From IMG/VR virus record IMGVR_UViG_3300020419_001132: DNA of 64,000 nt; one strand, 5' to 3'. The position numbers were made by a program, and so were the translations under genes. Every line of letters begins with the position of its first letter. Position 1 is the first letter of the stretch. Of this stretch, positions 9,873 to 19,656 are shown piece after piece. The stretch comes from a virus (lineage: Duplodnaviria; Caudoviricetes). Under the pieces are notes generated by a model that saw nothing but the letters and a program-made list of their open reading frames with translations, made no database searches and had not been told where the DNA came from.

Positions 9873-10435
9873 TATAGTGTAAAGTTTACTGTTAAAACTA
9901 CTCTCTTTGTGTGTATTTTTGGGCAACAACTTGCATGATATCTAGATCCGTCAAACACAACTGCACTATTGATATCACCTTCAAATACTTCATGTGTGGT
10001 GTATTTGTCTACTTTTTCAGTTTCATTGAAAACATGTGTTCTACCATCACTATGCCAAAAATGATAACACGCAGTAATATGTGGGAAGTCTGCATCTATA
10101 TGTGGTTCGTTAAACGCATATGGTTCATGGGGTGTTATGTATCTAGTGTTCATTAAAAGTCCTAAACGCATTCTAAAAACTTTTTTAGGTTGTACATCTA
10201 GTTGATCTATTATACCTTGGTATACAGGTGTAAACCTATCTAAATACTCACTCCTGTGCTGATTGTGTAATAACAAGTGTGCAAATGCAGGTGTTGACCT
10301 ACTTTTTTTATCAGACCGTTCGTATGTTGTATCTTCTAAATAATACCAAGGAAAATCTAAACTAGTTATTAAATTGCACAATTCTTGGTGTGTATTTGTA
10401 TCAACAACACCTGCTAGTTTTTTAGTTTCAAACAT
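9872..10435 (-). CDS. Fe(II)/2OG oxygenase
   Basis: EPHIDADF...DGRTHVF...FDGSRYHAS...RVVLTVN; similar to 7929..8540. Confidence 0.85.
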   Translation of the reverse strand: MFETKKLAGVVDTNTHQELCNLITSLDFPWYYLEDTTYERSDKKSRSTPAFAHLLLHNQHRSEYLDRFTPVYQGIIDQLDVQPKKVFRMRLGLLMNTRYITPHEPYAFNEPHIDADFPHITACYHFWHSDGRTHVFNETEKVDKYTTHEVFEGDINSAVVFDGSRYHASCCPKIHTKRVVLTVNFTL

Positions 10436-11165
10436 TTTTTCTCCTATGTATGTGATATATATTTCTATCCACGCTTGTGTTAGGTCTGTCTGTTGCTAGT
10501 TTGTTCCAGCAAGGCACACTGACACTAATTCTTTCTCCTTTAGGTTTTGCACAATGATATGCCCTTGAAGGAATATATAATGCATCTCCTGGTTTCAAGT
10601 TTACCTTTAATTCTACTTCTAAATCTTCTTCTTTTAACTTTCCGTTCATTAATCCTGATTTGTATAGATAGCTAATTCTATTTTTAAATAAAGTCCACTC
10701 TGTCTCTCCTTCTATTTGAAAAATAAAATTAGCAGGATAATCATCATGTATTGTAAAAGATTTTGTGTCCTGCATTCCACAATAAACATGAGCGGCGGCA
10801 TGTATATCAAACATTTGTTCCAAGTTATTTAATAACTCTGTAATAGGCTTATTATGAAATCCGTAGTTCATAATGATAAGAGTATTACCGGTGTTAAATC
10901 TATTAAACAAGAACTGTTTATCTTGTACTAATTTCCCGCCAAACTCCCATGCTTTTTCAGACATAGGTATATCAATTTTATTATTGTGTTGATCTATCAT
11001 TTCAAAATTATAAAAATGAGGATTATTTAAGCAGTCTTCGATATCTTGCCAAGAGACAAGAGATTTGTAGCTTTCATTGACAAGTAAATTTTCAAAAAAA
11101 TGTGGCTTGTCTTCATAGAATAGGTTTGTAGTGTTCATGAAAACTTGCCCAATGTTATTAAACAT
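10428..11165 (-). CDS. JmjC/cupin-4 (YcfD/ROXA-like) oxygenase
   Basis: AHVYCG...SFTIHDD...NFIFQIEGETEW...LKPGDALYIPSRAYH...RISVS. Confidence 0.88.
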   Translation of the reverse strand: MFNNIGQVFMNTTNLFYEDKPHFFENLLVNESYKSLVSWQDIEDCLNNPHFYNFEMIDQHNNKIDIPMSEKAWEFGGKLVQDKQFLFNRFNTGNTLIIMNYGFHNKPITELLNNLEQMFDIHAAAHVYCGMQDTKSFTIHDDYPANFIFQIEGETEWTLFKNRISYLYKSGLMNGKLKEEDLEVELKVNLKPGDALYIPSRAYHCAKPKGERISVSVPCWNKLATDRPNTSVDRNIYHIHRRKNV

Positions 11166-11781
11166 TTTCTTCTATCCTTAAATTAAAAGCTAAAGAAATT
11201 CTAGGCTCTTCTGATTCACTTGGTAAAACACCATGTTGTAACCATGCTGGAAACAGCACTACTCTACCTTCTCTTGGTGGATATCTCGCTGTTACTCCAC
11301 TTAATGCTGTGTATCTATCATACGAAGCTGTAATTGTTGCTAGTGCAAATTCTTCTAGATAATTTCTATAAAAAATTATATCGCCTGATCCTTTTGGTAT
11401 TTTAAGATAATATGTTCCGGCAATAAAAGACCCGCCGTGTATATGCAACTGATTTATATCTCTTCCTTTATTTTCATTAAACCAAATATTTCCACAAGTG
11501 AGTCTATATCTTTCTGGGTTCAAACCAAAGTCTTCCAAACAGCTTGTGCCAAATGATTGTATCCATTTTATGAATTTCTCTGTTGCTGGAAAGTCACTAG
11601 GCATAAAATTTCTAGTTTGATAGCCGCCAAAGTTACTTAACCAAACTCCTTTGGGATCATCTTCTTTTAAAAATTTAAATAATTCTAATAGTTCTGTATT
11701 GTCGTAGGAAGTATCACTCCACCAGATTGGCGTTGGAAAATAAAAATCACAGTTTAATCTCTTATCCGTGGGCAAACGCAT
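11158..11781 (-). CDS. Fe(II)/2OG oxygenase, TIGR02466-like
   Basis: FPTPIW...WFNEN...LHIH...GTYYL...VVLFPAWLQHGV...RISLAFN. Confidence 0.88.
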   Translation of the reverse strand: MRLPTDKRLNCDFYFPTPIWWSDTSYDNTELLELFKFLKEDDPKGVWLSNFGGYQTRNFMPSDFPATEKFIKWIQSFGTSCLEDFGLNPERYRLTCGNIWFNENKGRDINQLHIHGGSFIAGTYYLKIPKGSGDIIFYRNYLEEFALATITASYDRYTALSGVTARYPPREGRVVLFPAWLQHGVLPSESEEPRISLAFNLRIEENV

Positions 11782-12550
11782 ATGTATGGCTCCATCTAAA
11801 GTTTACTGATTTTTCTACATATGCTAAATGACAAATATCGGACTTATATACAGTCATAGTATTTTGGACACAATCGGCCATTCCTAAATATTCAAATCCA
11901 AATCTTTGTAGTTCTTTATCATCGAAGTTAAACCAGCTATTATTTCTTCCTTGTCTAAGCATGTCCTGATATTCGTCATACAGTTTATGCTTAGGATCAA
12001 CTGCAAAATCATAACCGCCAGAAAGTTTGTTACCTATATACTTATAGAACTTTGTTCCTGACGTTCCTTTTTCATGGTTTGTGAACCATAAATTTCCAAC
12101 CATTCCTTGAGGATAATCTATGTGTGGTATTCTATATCCAATAATAGGTTTAGCTCTATCTTTATAATACACATTCCCCCATTCAAATACACGTGGATTT
12201 TTAAAGTTATTTAAAGCGTAATCTAAACTCCAATGGCCACTAAAATGCTGTTGTATATAAAAATCTCTAAGTAATAAACAGATATCTTTGTGTAACCAAT
12301 CGGGTATATGTATAGTATCAAAAGGATTAGGGTCTGGATTATCGGGCCTATTGTTATCTTTAGATATAGGAAAACAAGATACTAATTCTTTGTACAATTC
12401 AAATGTATCATTTTCAAAAGGTGATTGTAGTATCCAGTACCCAATATCTTTATCAAGACTTACATATTGGTGCTTTATGTCTTTTGCATTTTTAAACTTT
12501 ACCACATTTGGAAAAGTATTTGCATCAGGCTTGCATACTTTGAACTGCAT
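11762..12550 (-). CDS. Fe(II)/2OG oxygenase-like protein
   Basis: IPHID...NLWF...SGTKFY...ICHLAY...RWSH. Confidence 0.75.
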   Translation of the reverse strand: MQFKVCKPDANTFPNVVKFKNAKDIKHQYVSLDKDIGYWILQSPFENDTFELYKELVSCFPISKDNNRPDNPDPNPFDTIHIPDWLHKDICLLLRDFYIQQHFSGHWSLDYALNNFKNPRVFEWGNVYYKDRAKPIIGYRIPHIDYPQGMVGNLWFTNHEKGTSGTKFYKYIGNKLSGGYDFAVDPKHKLYDEYQDMLRQGRNNSWFNFDDKELQRFGFEYLGMADCVQNTMTVYKSDICHLAYVEKSVNFRWSHTYAFAHG

Positions 12551-13136
12551 TTGGTGTTCCTACATTTATAGTTAATACTACTCTTTCTTCTTCTGAGTTG
12601 TTGGGTTGAACTCTATGTTTTAACCACCCAGGAAAAATTAATATATCATTTGTTTTACAAGGAATGGCTGTCCAAAGATCTGTTTCTGGATTAATATAAG
12701 AGTTTGCTTTGTGATATTCTAAAGGATCTCTGAATTCTATAAATCCACCGTTGTCTGGTAGATTTAGATAACAAGTAACTACAAAGTCAACAAGGTTATG
12801 AGAATGCTCTAATGTTTCTCCTCCTAGTCCATGTGTGTTTATCCAGGATTGTAATAAACAATTTTCTTTGTCTAATATCCTATGTTCTGTATATATTCTT
12901 TTTAGTGTAATTAAAAGTTCTGCACAAAAGTCTTTAAATTCTGGCCATAAATGTGGAGGATTAGATTGATGTGCAACTGTTGAATATGCTACGCCTTTTT
13001 CAAGAAGAGATGTGTTATTTGGGCGTTCTGAGATATACTCTTGGACTGTGGATTTTATATTTTTATAATTGAGATCGTATGAGGTTTTAAAAAGTAGTGT
13101 AGCCCAGGGATTAATATATACTCCATTAGATAGCAT
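12525..13136 (-). CDS. Fe(II)/2OG oxygenase, TIGR02466-like
   Basis: SWINTH...LEHSH...ILIFPGWLKHRV...RVVLTIN. Confidence 0.88.
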   Translation of the reverse strand: MLSNGVYINPWATLLFKTSYDLNYKNIKSTVQEYISERPNNTSLLEKGVAYSTVAHQSNPPHLWPEFKDFCAELLITLKRIYTEHRILDKENCLLQSWINTHGLGGETLEHSHNLVDFVVTCYLNLPDNGGFIEFRDPLEYHKANSYINPETDLWTAIPCKTNDILIFPGWLKHRVQPNNSEEERVVLTINVGTPNAVQSMQA

Positions 13137-13371
13137 TTTCTTGACAAGTTTCTATAGCTAATTGCAAACCCATCATAGTGCCTTCCATTTTCATTATATC
13201 TTCCATTAGCTCTTGTCTTTCTGAAAAGTCAATAGTAGTAACACCATAAGGATTAAGTTTTGTATCGTGTAAATTTTCCTCAACTGTTTTTAATTTTTCT
13301 TCTGTCTTCTCTTTTGTAATTTTAATATTAGCACAGACTTTTTCCAATTGTTCTATGATTTTTTCACTCAT
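13126..13371 (-). CDS. Hypothetical coiled-coil protein (81 aa)
   Basis: Overlap-coupled ORF, Glu/Lys-rich heptad pattern. Confidence 0.7.
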   Translation of the reverse strand: MSEKIIEQLEKVCANIKITKEKTEEKLKTVEENLHDTKLNPYGVTTIDFSERQELMEDIMKMEGTMMGLQLAIETCQENAI

Positions 13372-14162
13372 TTTTTTCTCCTATTACTACGATACTTATC
13401 GATAACTTTACGCACTCTAACTAAGCGTGACTTTAATGAATCAAACTTGTAAATTACAGAACTTAATGTATAATTAAAAGATCTTTCCATTTTCCTATCT
13501 TCGTCGGTCGCTTCATCACATATAAAATTAAAATGTGAAGAAACATATGCTTTTCTTGGAATAGGAATGTACTGTATTAAAGGGGTTCCTGCTTTAACTA
13601 GTTCTTCTCCATTTAACACATGCCAAAATAGTTGCACATTAAGAACGTGTGCATATCTAGGATCTAGTAATCCTGTTGCTGGTGTGAATCTTTTTTCATT
13701 TGAATAGTGTACAGGAACTTGTAAAAGTAAGTAATCGTCATCTAATTCTACTCTCCACGGTGTGTGTATTTTCACTACTGTTTTTAAACTTTTACTTGGA
13801 TCATCTAGTATTCTTTCTGTTTGATTTTGATCATGAAAGTCTATATATTTGTCTTGTCCATAACCTTGTTCAAGATTAAATCGTTGGGCTTCGCTATATT
13901 TAAAATTTACACCATCACCGTCTGTTGTAATAATAAAATCTGCAGGTGCTGTTAGTACCCAACCTGCATTTAACATTAATTTTATACCGGGACAATTTTT
14001 TGTAGCAATACTACCGTCGTTTGGATGAGGATTACTAGGTAATTTAATCCAAGGACGTTTTACAGATGCTGTCGGAATAATAGGATGTAAGTCTGCAACA
14101 CCTTCTTGCAAACTATAAAATCTAGCTATAGGTTTCTTTTTTTTAAAAAGATTAAACATCAT
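13368..14162 (-). CDS. Conserved phage protein (DUF6065/dUTPase-like beta fold) of the kind found among oxygenase genes
   Basis: CPGI...GWVLTAPADF...KIHTPW...LVKAGTPLIQYIP; no metal triad seen. Confidence 0.6.
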   Translation of the reverse strand: MMFNLFKKKKPIARFYSLQEGVADLHPIIPTASVKRPWIKLPSNPHPNDGSIATKNCPGIKLMLNAGWVLTAPADFIITTDGDGVNFKYSEAQRFNLEQGYGQDKYIDFHDQNQTERILDDPSKSLKTVVKIHTPWRVELDDDYLLLQVPVHYSNEKRFTPATGLLDPRYAHVLNVQLFWHVLNGEELVKAGTPLIQYIPIPRKAYVSSHFNFICDEATDEDRKMERSFNYTLSSVIYKFDSLKSRLVRVRKVIDKYRSNRRKK

Positions 14163-15777
14163 GCTCGTCAACGCCACCGTAAATATTATCTTTCAAATAT
14201 TCATAATGTGTTGGTAAAGTTTTAATATACTTTATATACTTTTCTTTTTCGTTTAAGAATCTATTTTTTATCTGTTCTAAGTCTCTTCTTCTTTGTTGTT
14301 CAATTTCTGGACTTTTTCCATGTTTAGCAGTAAACATATGTTCACTAGAAACAGGTCTAACACCCATTCCTGCCATTATAAAGTTCATTCCCTGCATCTG
14401 CGGGTTCATAGCTTGATCGCCATAAACTGTACTGTATGCCATTGCATTGTAATCGTCTCTTGGTACATGAATACCGTTAAGCTCTGGGTCATAATCATTT
14501 GTCTGTGTTGCCCAACGCCAATACGGTGTATCTTGTCTCATTGATAGTCCATAATGGTTTGAAACAAATCTAGCAAATTGGTCTATCGATCTGTTTACAG
14601 TAAAATTATAAACTTCTCTCTCAGTTCTTGATACATAACCTTGTCTTTGATTTAATATACCAATTAAAGAAATAATATTTTCGTGTGTTGTTAACAATCC
14701 TGTTGATTCTAAAGGTTCAACAAACCCGTAACTAAGTCCAATACCAAGTACATTGCCCACCCATGCTTTGACTCTCTTTCCATGTTTAATAGGTATGTTA
14801 AAGTAATCTAATTCTTCTACATTAACGTTTTTATGTACTGTTTTAAGGTGTGCTTTAAATTCTTTTAGTGCTACATCCTTGTGTACAAATCTACTACTGT
14901 AAACATATCCAGTTCCAATTCTATTCCATAATGGAATATTCCATACCCAACCGTTTCCTAATGCATGACAATCGGTAACGTTATGCATTTGTTCTTTTCT
15001 ATTACTATAGGGTAATCTTACAGCCCAAGCATAATCATTTGCTAGTATACCTTTGTAAGAATGGAATATAGATCCTTGCCAACCTTCTAACATAAAAGAT
15101 TTAAAACCAGAACAGTCAATAAATAGATCTGCACCTATGTCTTTGTCTCCTTCAATTAACAAAGAGTGTGTAAAACCTTTATCATCGTGTTTTCTAGCTA
15201 CTACATTTGCCTTTATGTGTGTTACTCCTGCAGGAATACATACCTTGTCACGTAAATATATTCCAAATGCTGTTGCGTCCATATGATAGGCTGTATCATA
15301 ATTAAAATTAAAATATCGTAGTTTGTTGTTTTTATTATCAGTTTGTCTATTATGTGTTGCAAGTAAAGTATTACTTAGTGCATGGAATTCAGCAAACGAC
15401 TTAGGACCAAATTCTTCTGGATATAAAGCAGACAATTCAGACCAAGTAATTAAATTATCTCCTCCTGAGTAGCTATAATCATAGTCATCAACAAAAGGAT
15501 ACTCAAAATGTGTTCCATTATTTTCTCTAAAATTTGTAAATCTGATTGAATTCTTATATGTAGCATTACAAGCAGGCATCCAGTCTTCATCTTTAAGACC
15601 TAACAACCTCATATATCTGTTGATATGTCCTAGTGTAGATTCGCCAACGCCTACAGTTTTAATATTGGGTGATTCAACTAGTGTTACTTTAATGTGAGGA
15701 CAAAGTTTTGCAATGGCCGCGGCAGTCATCCAACCGCTGGATCCTCCTCCTACTACGCATACTCTTTTAATTTTCAT
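14152..15777 (-). CDS. Flavin-dependent halogenase (PrnA family), divergent third copy
   Basis: GGGSSG, GVGEST, ATYK, GWVWNIP, FVEPLESTG; AGGA RBS before ATG 15777. Confidence 0.93.
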   Translation of the reverse strand: MKIKRVCVVGGGSSGWMTAAAIAKLCPHIKVTLVESPNIKTVGVGESTLGHINRYMRLLGLKDEDWMPACNATYKNSIRFTNFRENNGTHFEYPFVDDYDYSYSGGDNLITWSELSALYPEEFGPKSFAEFHALSNTLLATHNRQTDNKNNKLRYFNFNYDTAYHMDATAFGIYLRDKVCIPAGVTHIKANVVARKHDDKGFTHSLLIEGDKDIGADLFIDCSGFKSFMLEGWQGSIFHSYKGILANDYAWAVRLPYSNRKEQMHNVTDCHALGNGWVWNIPLWNRIGTGYVYSSRFVHKDVALKEFKAHLKTVHKNVNVEELDYFNIPIKHGKRVKAWVGNVLGIGLSYGFVEPLESTGLLTTHENIISLIGILNQRQGYVSRTEREVYNFTVNRSIDQFARFVSNHYGLSMRQDTPYWRWATQTNDYDPELNGIHVPRDDYNAMAYSTVYGDQAMNPQMQGMNFIMAGMGVRPVSSEHMFTAKHGKSPEIEQQRRRDLEQIKNRFLNEKEKYIKYIKTLPTHYEYLKDNIYGGVDEHDV

Positions 15778-15804
15778 ATACAATCATTCCTTTAAATGCT
15801 CGTA

Positions 15805-15811
15805 TATTTAC
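15805..15811 (-). promoter_or_regulatory. Late promoter-like motif GTAAATA heading the halogenase/oxygenase operon
   Basis: Same TAAATA core and spacing as seen before structural genes. Confidence 0.5.
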
Positions 15812-15844
15812 TTAAAAATGCTATAGGCAGGTTATAAAAGCGAT

Positions 15845-16093
15845 TTAGGACTCTATTGCTGTAAATGTTGGATTTGAAGCCCTAAACAGATTACCGTTCC
15901 ATGTTGTTTTGTAATTAAGATCATCTGTATCGTAATGTAAAGTAATAGTTTGTCCTGCCGCTACTCCTCTTGGAATAGTTATAGACATCTTAACTTTTTT
16001 TTCAAAACTAACCAATGTACAGTCTTCAAAGATCTTTCCTGTAGAATAATTTTCACAAATAACTGGACTTTTTGGTATAAATGTAACTGGCAT
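15845..16093 (-). CDS. Hypothetical protein (82 aa)
   Basis: TAATG-coupled to the upstream gene. Confidence 0.65.
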   Translation of the reverse strand: MPVTFIPKSPVICENYSTGKIFEDCTLVSFEKKVKMSITIPRGVAAGQTITLHYDTDDLNYKTTWNGNLFRASNPTFTAIES

Positions 16094-16593
16094 TAGCTAT
16101 CTCCCTTATTGTAGCCCCACCAAGCAGGACATCTTTTCCATGCTGGCATCTGTTCGCTTGAAATTTTCATTGGCTGGTCTACACTAGGTTCTCTAATTTC
16201 ATCATATGCTCTTTGCTCTTCAGGTGATAAGTTTTCTCCAGTTGTCTTATCTGGTGCAGGTATGCTTGTTTTAATTAAATCAATATGATTAACCCAAGAA
16301 CCGCCGGCCATATTATTTGCTTTTATATCGTGATATAACATATCTAATTGTGCGCCTACGTCTCCGTATGCAACTTTTCTTTGCATTTCTCTATCAGGAT
16401 GTGGTTCGTCTCTTTCAACCCAAACCATTTCTCCTTTAGATGGACTATACTCTAGTGTCCACATTAATGTGATGTTGTCGGGTGCATCTACCCATTGAAA
16501 CGTTGCATCAGGGCCATTGTAGATCTCAAAATCATCTCCTGGATCTTCAATTTGCATCACATACCCTGCCGCACCTACGATTGCTTTTTTCAT
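16093..16593 (-). CDS. Tail-fibre assembly chaperone-like protein
   Basis: RKVAYGDVGAQLDMLYHD...WVNHIDLIKTSIP resembles the QLDML helical module of phage fibre chaperones; lies directly after the Gly-rich genes. Confidence 0.6.
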   Translation of the reverse strand: MKKAIVGAAGYVMQIEDPGDDFEIYNGPDATFQWVDAPDNITLMWTLEYSPSKGEMVWVERDEPHPDREMQRKVAYGDVGAQLDMLYHDIKANNMAGGSWVNHIDLIKTSIPAPDKTTGENLSPEEQRAYDEIREPSVDQPMKISSEQMPAWKRCPAWWGYNKGDS

Positions 16594-17450
16594 TATCTAT
16601 ACTCCGTAATTACGATCATGCCGACTCGTCCATCAGCACCTCTAAAGCCACTAAAGTACCCACCAGTACCTCCACTGCCTGGAGCGGCGTGACTTTGATG
16701 ATTGTGTGAAAAGTTTCCGCCCTGTGGGTGTCCTGCGGCGGTATTACCACCCCAATATGAATGCCCACCTGGACCGTGACTTTGGTGATGACTACCACCT
16801 CCTCCACAGTGGATGTTTAAGTTTCCCCCGGAACCGCTACCACTAACGCCTCCTGAGTGTTGATTATTTCTGTTACCACCATATCCTCCGCCTGCTGATA
16901 GATAAGGTCCAAATGATGAACTTGACCCATTACCAGCACCGCCGGAATAGTAAGTACCACCACCTCCACCACCTATCGTACAATAGACGTTTGATATACT
17001 TGTAACATTAATAATTTCTTCTGAATAGCCTCCAGCACCACCTGACTCTCCGTGACCTCCGCCACCTCCTCCACCGCCCATTACCTGAACGTGAATATAT
17101 CTGGTTCCTGATTGTCTGTACCAAGTAGTACTACCTGTGTATACAGCCTGTCTTACTATTCCAAAATTGTTTACCCATTCTAGTCCATTTCCGCTAGAAT
17201 TTGTTCTTAACATATTACCACTACTTCCAATAGAAGTAATGCCAGATCCACCTTTGTTTGTTGCTAGTGTACCTGAGGTTGTATCTGTGTTTAGACCAAC
17301 TGCTCCGGTTCCTATTTTACCAGATGTAACCTGATTGTTTCCAATTTTTCCTGTTTTTACTTCTGAATTTCCAATGTCAGCTGTTTTGACTTGATCATTA
17401 ATCACTGCTGTAGCTGTTAGTTTTTTTAATGTTTGATAATTAAATGCCAT
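16593..17450 (-). CDS. Glycine-rich fibre/adhesin protein, copy 3 of 3
   Basis: MAFNYQTLKK start, VxTxKI-type repeats, GGGGGGGGHGESGG, RNNQHSGG, AAGHPQGGNFSHNHQ. Confidence 0.8.
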   Translation of the reverse strand: MAFNYQTLKKLTATAVINDQVKTADIGNSEVKTGKIGNNQVTSGKIGTGAVGLNTDTTSGTLATNKGGSGITSIGSSGNMLRTNSSGNGLEWVNNFGIVRQAVYTGSTTWYRQSGTRYIHVQVMGGGGGGGGHGESGGAGGYSEEIINVTSISNVYCTIGGGGGGTYYSGGAGNGSSSSFGPYLSAGGGYGGNRNNQHSGGVSGSGSGGNLNIHCGGGGSHHQSHGPGGHSYWGGNTAAGHPQGGNFSHNHQSHAAPGSGGTGGYFSGFRGADGRVGMIVITEYR

Positions 17451-17460
17451 GTGTTAATCC

Positions 17461-18318
17461 TTAATAAAACTCATATACAACGATCATACCGTTTCTGCCA
17501 TTAGCACCTCGAAAGCCACTAAAATATCCACTAGTACCTCCACTGCCTGGTGCGGCATGTCCTTGATGATTGTGTGAAAAATTACCACCTTGTGGGTGTC
17601 CTGCGGCAGTATTACCACCCCAGTATGATGGACCTCCAACGGAAGATCTAGTGTGATGAGCTTGTCCGCCACCACCGTATACATTTAAGTTACCTCCTGA
17701 TCCGTTAACACTAAGTCCGCCTGAGTGTTGATTATTTCTATTTGCTCCATAACCGCCTCCACCTGACAAATAAGGGCCAAATGATGATGATGATCCATTG
17801 CCTGCGGCACCGGAATAATATGTTCCTCCTCCACCGCCACCAATTGTAATAGATACACTACTAATTCCTGTAACATCTAAAACTTCTTCTGCATATCCAC
17901 CGCCACCGCCGGATTCTCCGTGGCCACCGCCACCTCCTCCTCCGCCTACAACGCAGACTTTTACATAACGTACTCCACTTGGTCTACTCCAAGTTGAACT
18001 ACCTGTATAAACACTCATGCTTCTAATTCCGTATGGACGATATTGTAATGCTGATCCGCCATCGTTATATCCTAAAGCATAATAAGCATTACTAGGATTA
18101 CTACTTAAACCTGTACCTCCAGAACTAACAGGTAATGTTCCTGTTACTATCGATCCGGTCATACTAACAGAACCTGTAGCAAGTTTATCAGAAGTTACTG
18201 CGCCATCATTAATATCTGCAGTTTGTACAGTTAAGTTAGCAAGATCTGCTTCTTTAATTTCTCCGTCGATAATTGACTCTGATTTAACTTTTTTTAATGT
18301 TTGATAATTAAATGCCAT
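17461..18318 (-). CDS. Glycine-rich fibre/adhesin protein, copy 2 of 3
   Basis: Same architecture and motifs, 285 aa. Confidence 0.8.
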   Translation of the reverse strand: MAFNYQTLKKVKSESIIDGEIKEADLANLTVQTADINDGAVTSDKLATGSVSMTGSIVTGTLPVSSGGTGLSSNPSNAYYALGYNDGGSALQYRPYGIRSMSVYTGSSTWSRPSGVRYVKVCVVGGGGGGGGHGESGGGGGYAEEVLDVTGISSVSITIGGGGGGTYYSGAAGNGSSSSFGPYLSGGGGYGANRNNQHSGGLSVNGSGGNLNVYGGGGQAHHTRSSVGGPSYWGGNTAAGHPQGGNFSHNHQGHAAPGSGGTSGYFSGFRGANGRNGMIVVYEFY

Positions 18319-18323
18319 TTTTT

Positions 18324-19175
18324 CTACCTAAAATTTGTAACAACTACAACTCCGTGCCTACCATTAGCTCCTCTAAAGCCACTGTGATAACCGCTTGTGC
18401 CACCACTTCCGTATGCAGAATGGTTTTGGTGATTGTGTGCAAAGTTTCCACCCTGTGGGTGTCCTGCCGCTGTGTTTCCACCGAAAAAGCCCATTCCTCC
18501 GTAACCTGTTCTGTTGTGATGATTTCCACCACCGCCTGTATGAATATTTAGCGATCCACCTGATCCTGAACCACTTACTCCTCCTGAGTGTTGGTTATTT
18601 CTGTTTGCACCGTATCCTAAACTAGCTGATAGATAAGGACCAAATGAACTTGCACCTCCATTACCTCCAGCACTTGAATAATATGTGCCTCCACCTCCAC
18701 CACCTATTGTGACAGATACACTTGATATACTTGAAACATCAATATACTCTTCTGAATATCCTCCAGCACCACCAGATTCTCCGTGACCGCTTCCGCCGCC
18801 ACCTCCACCGCTTACTTGTACCTTAATCCATTTGACTCCACTAGGCCTATTCCAAGTACCATTGCTAGTGTAAACATTCATACTATACAATCCATGTCCT
18901 TGTGAAGTCCAACTACTACCATTTGAAACAATTACACCAGCATTAAATCCTCCTGGATTAGTAGTTCCTGTGCCACCTTTGTTTGTTGGCAATGTTCCTG
19001 AAACCTTATTACTTGCTAGATCAACTGAGCCTGTACCCAATTTATCGCTACTTACTGCATCTGTATTAATCTTATTACTAGTTACTCCTAGTGCTTCTAT
19101 CTGAGTGCCTGTAATAGTTCCATCAACAAATGATTCTGATTTGTATTTTTTTAAAGTTTCGTAGTTAAAAGCCAT
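18324..19175 (-). CDS. Glycine-rich fibre/adhesin protein, copy 1 of 3
   Basis: Same architecture and motifs, 283 aa. Confidence 0.8.
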   Translation of the reverse strand: MAFNYETLKKYKSESFVDGTITGTQIEALGVTSNKINTDAVSSDKLGTGSVDLASNKVSGTLPTNKGGTGTTNPGGFNAGVIVSNGSSWTSQGHGLYSMNVYTSNGTWNRPSGVKWIKVQVSGGGGGGSGHGESGGAGGYSEEYIDVSSISSVSVTIGGGGGGTYYSSAGGNGGASSFGPYLSASLGYGANRNNQHSGGVSGSGSGGSLNIHTGGGGNHHNRTGYGGMGFFGGNTAAGHPQGGNFAHNHQNHSAYGSGGTSGYHSGFRGANGRHGVVVVTNFR

Positions 19176-19184
19176 CGTCTTTCC

Positions 19185-19640
19185 TTAAATTACTTCAACC
19201 TTCCAACCTGCTGTGTCACCATGAAATATCAATGTGAATGATGCTCCTGGAGTATCTACAGTCATATTGTCTGCTGTACCTGCTATCAATTTGCCATTAC
19301 GGTCTATTGTTAATGCATTTGATCCAAACGTATTATGAGAATCTGCAAACTTAATTCTATCGTATTGAGCAGGAGAAGCAGGTAATGATGCAGTAACAGC
19401 ACCGCCAGTTGTATCAACCCAATAACTTCTATTAGATGAAACTCCTGCACTAGATGTTAATGCCGCATTCAATGTTTCATGAATAGCATGCCATCCAGAG
19501 CCATTATATATTTCTAACTGATTGCTATCTGTGTTAAAAAATTTAACACCAGCATTTGCAGTTGTAGGTCGATCAGCCAGTTGTCCTGTCAATGTACTGT
19601 CGGTTTGTGGATATATACCTAAACTTATTTTTCTGCCCAT
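19185..19640 (-). CDS. Small fibre-module structural protein
   Basis: FFNTDSNQLEIYNGSGW plus YWVDTTGGAVTASLPASP...LTIDRNG module typical of T4-like fibres. Confidence 0.7.
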   Translation of the reverse strand: MGRKISLGIYPQTDSTLTGQLADRPTTANAGVKFFNTDSNQLEIYNGSGWHAIHETLNAALTSSAGVSSNRSYWVDTTGGAVTASLPASPAQYDRIKFADSHNTFGSNALTIDRNGKLIAGTADNMTVDTPGASFTLIFHGDTAGWKVEVI

Positions 19641-19656
19641 GTCACTTCCTTTTTCC

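Noticed and set aside
14137-14144. A8 tract / A AAA AAG slippery site at the start of the 13368..14162 gene
   Set aside because: Explained by a Lys-rich N-terminus (FKKKK); I saw no useful alternative product and no stimulatory structure.
16593-19175. Diversity-generating retroelement among the three Gly-rich genes
   Set aside because: No reverse transcriptase in the window; differences in the shared segments inspected are mostly synonymous and not adenine-specific; all three are intact ORFs.
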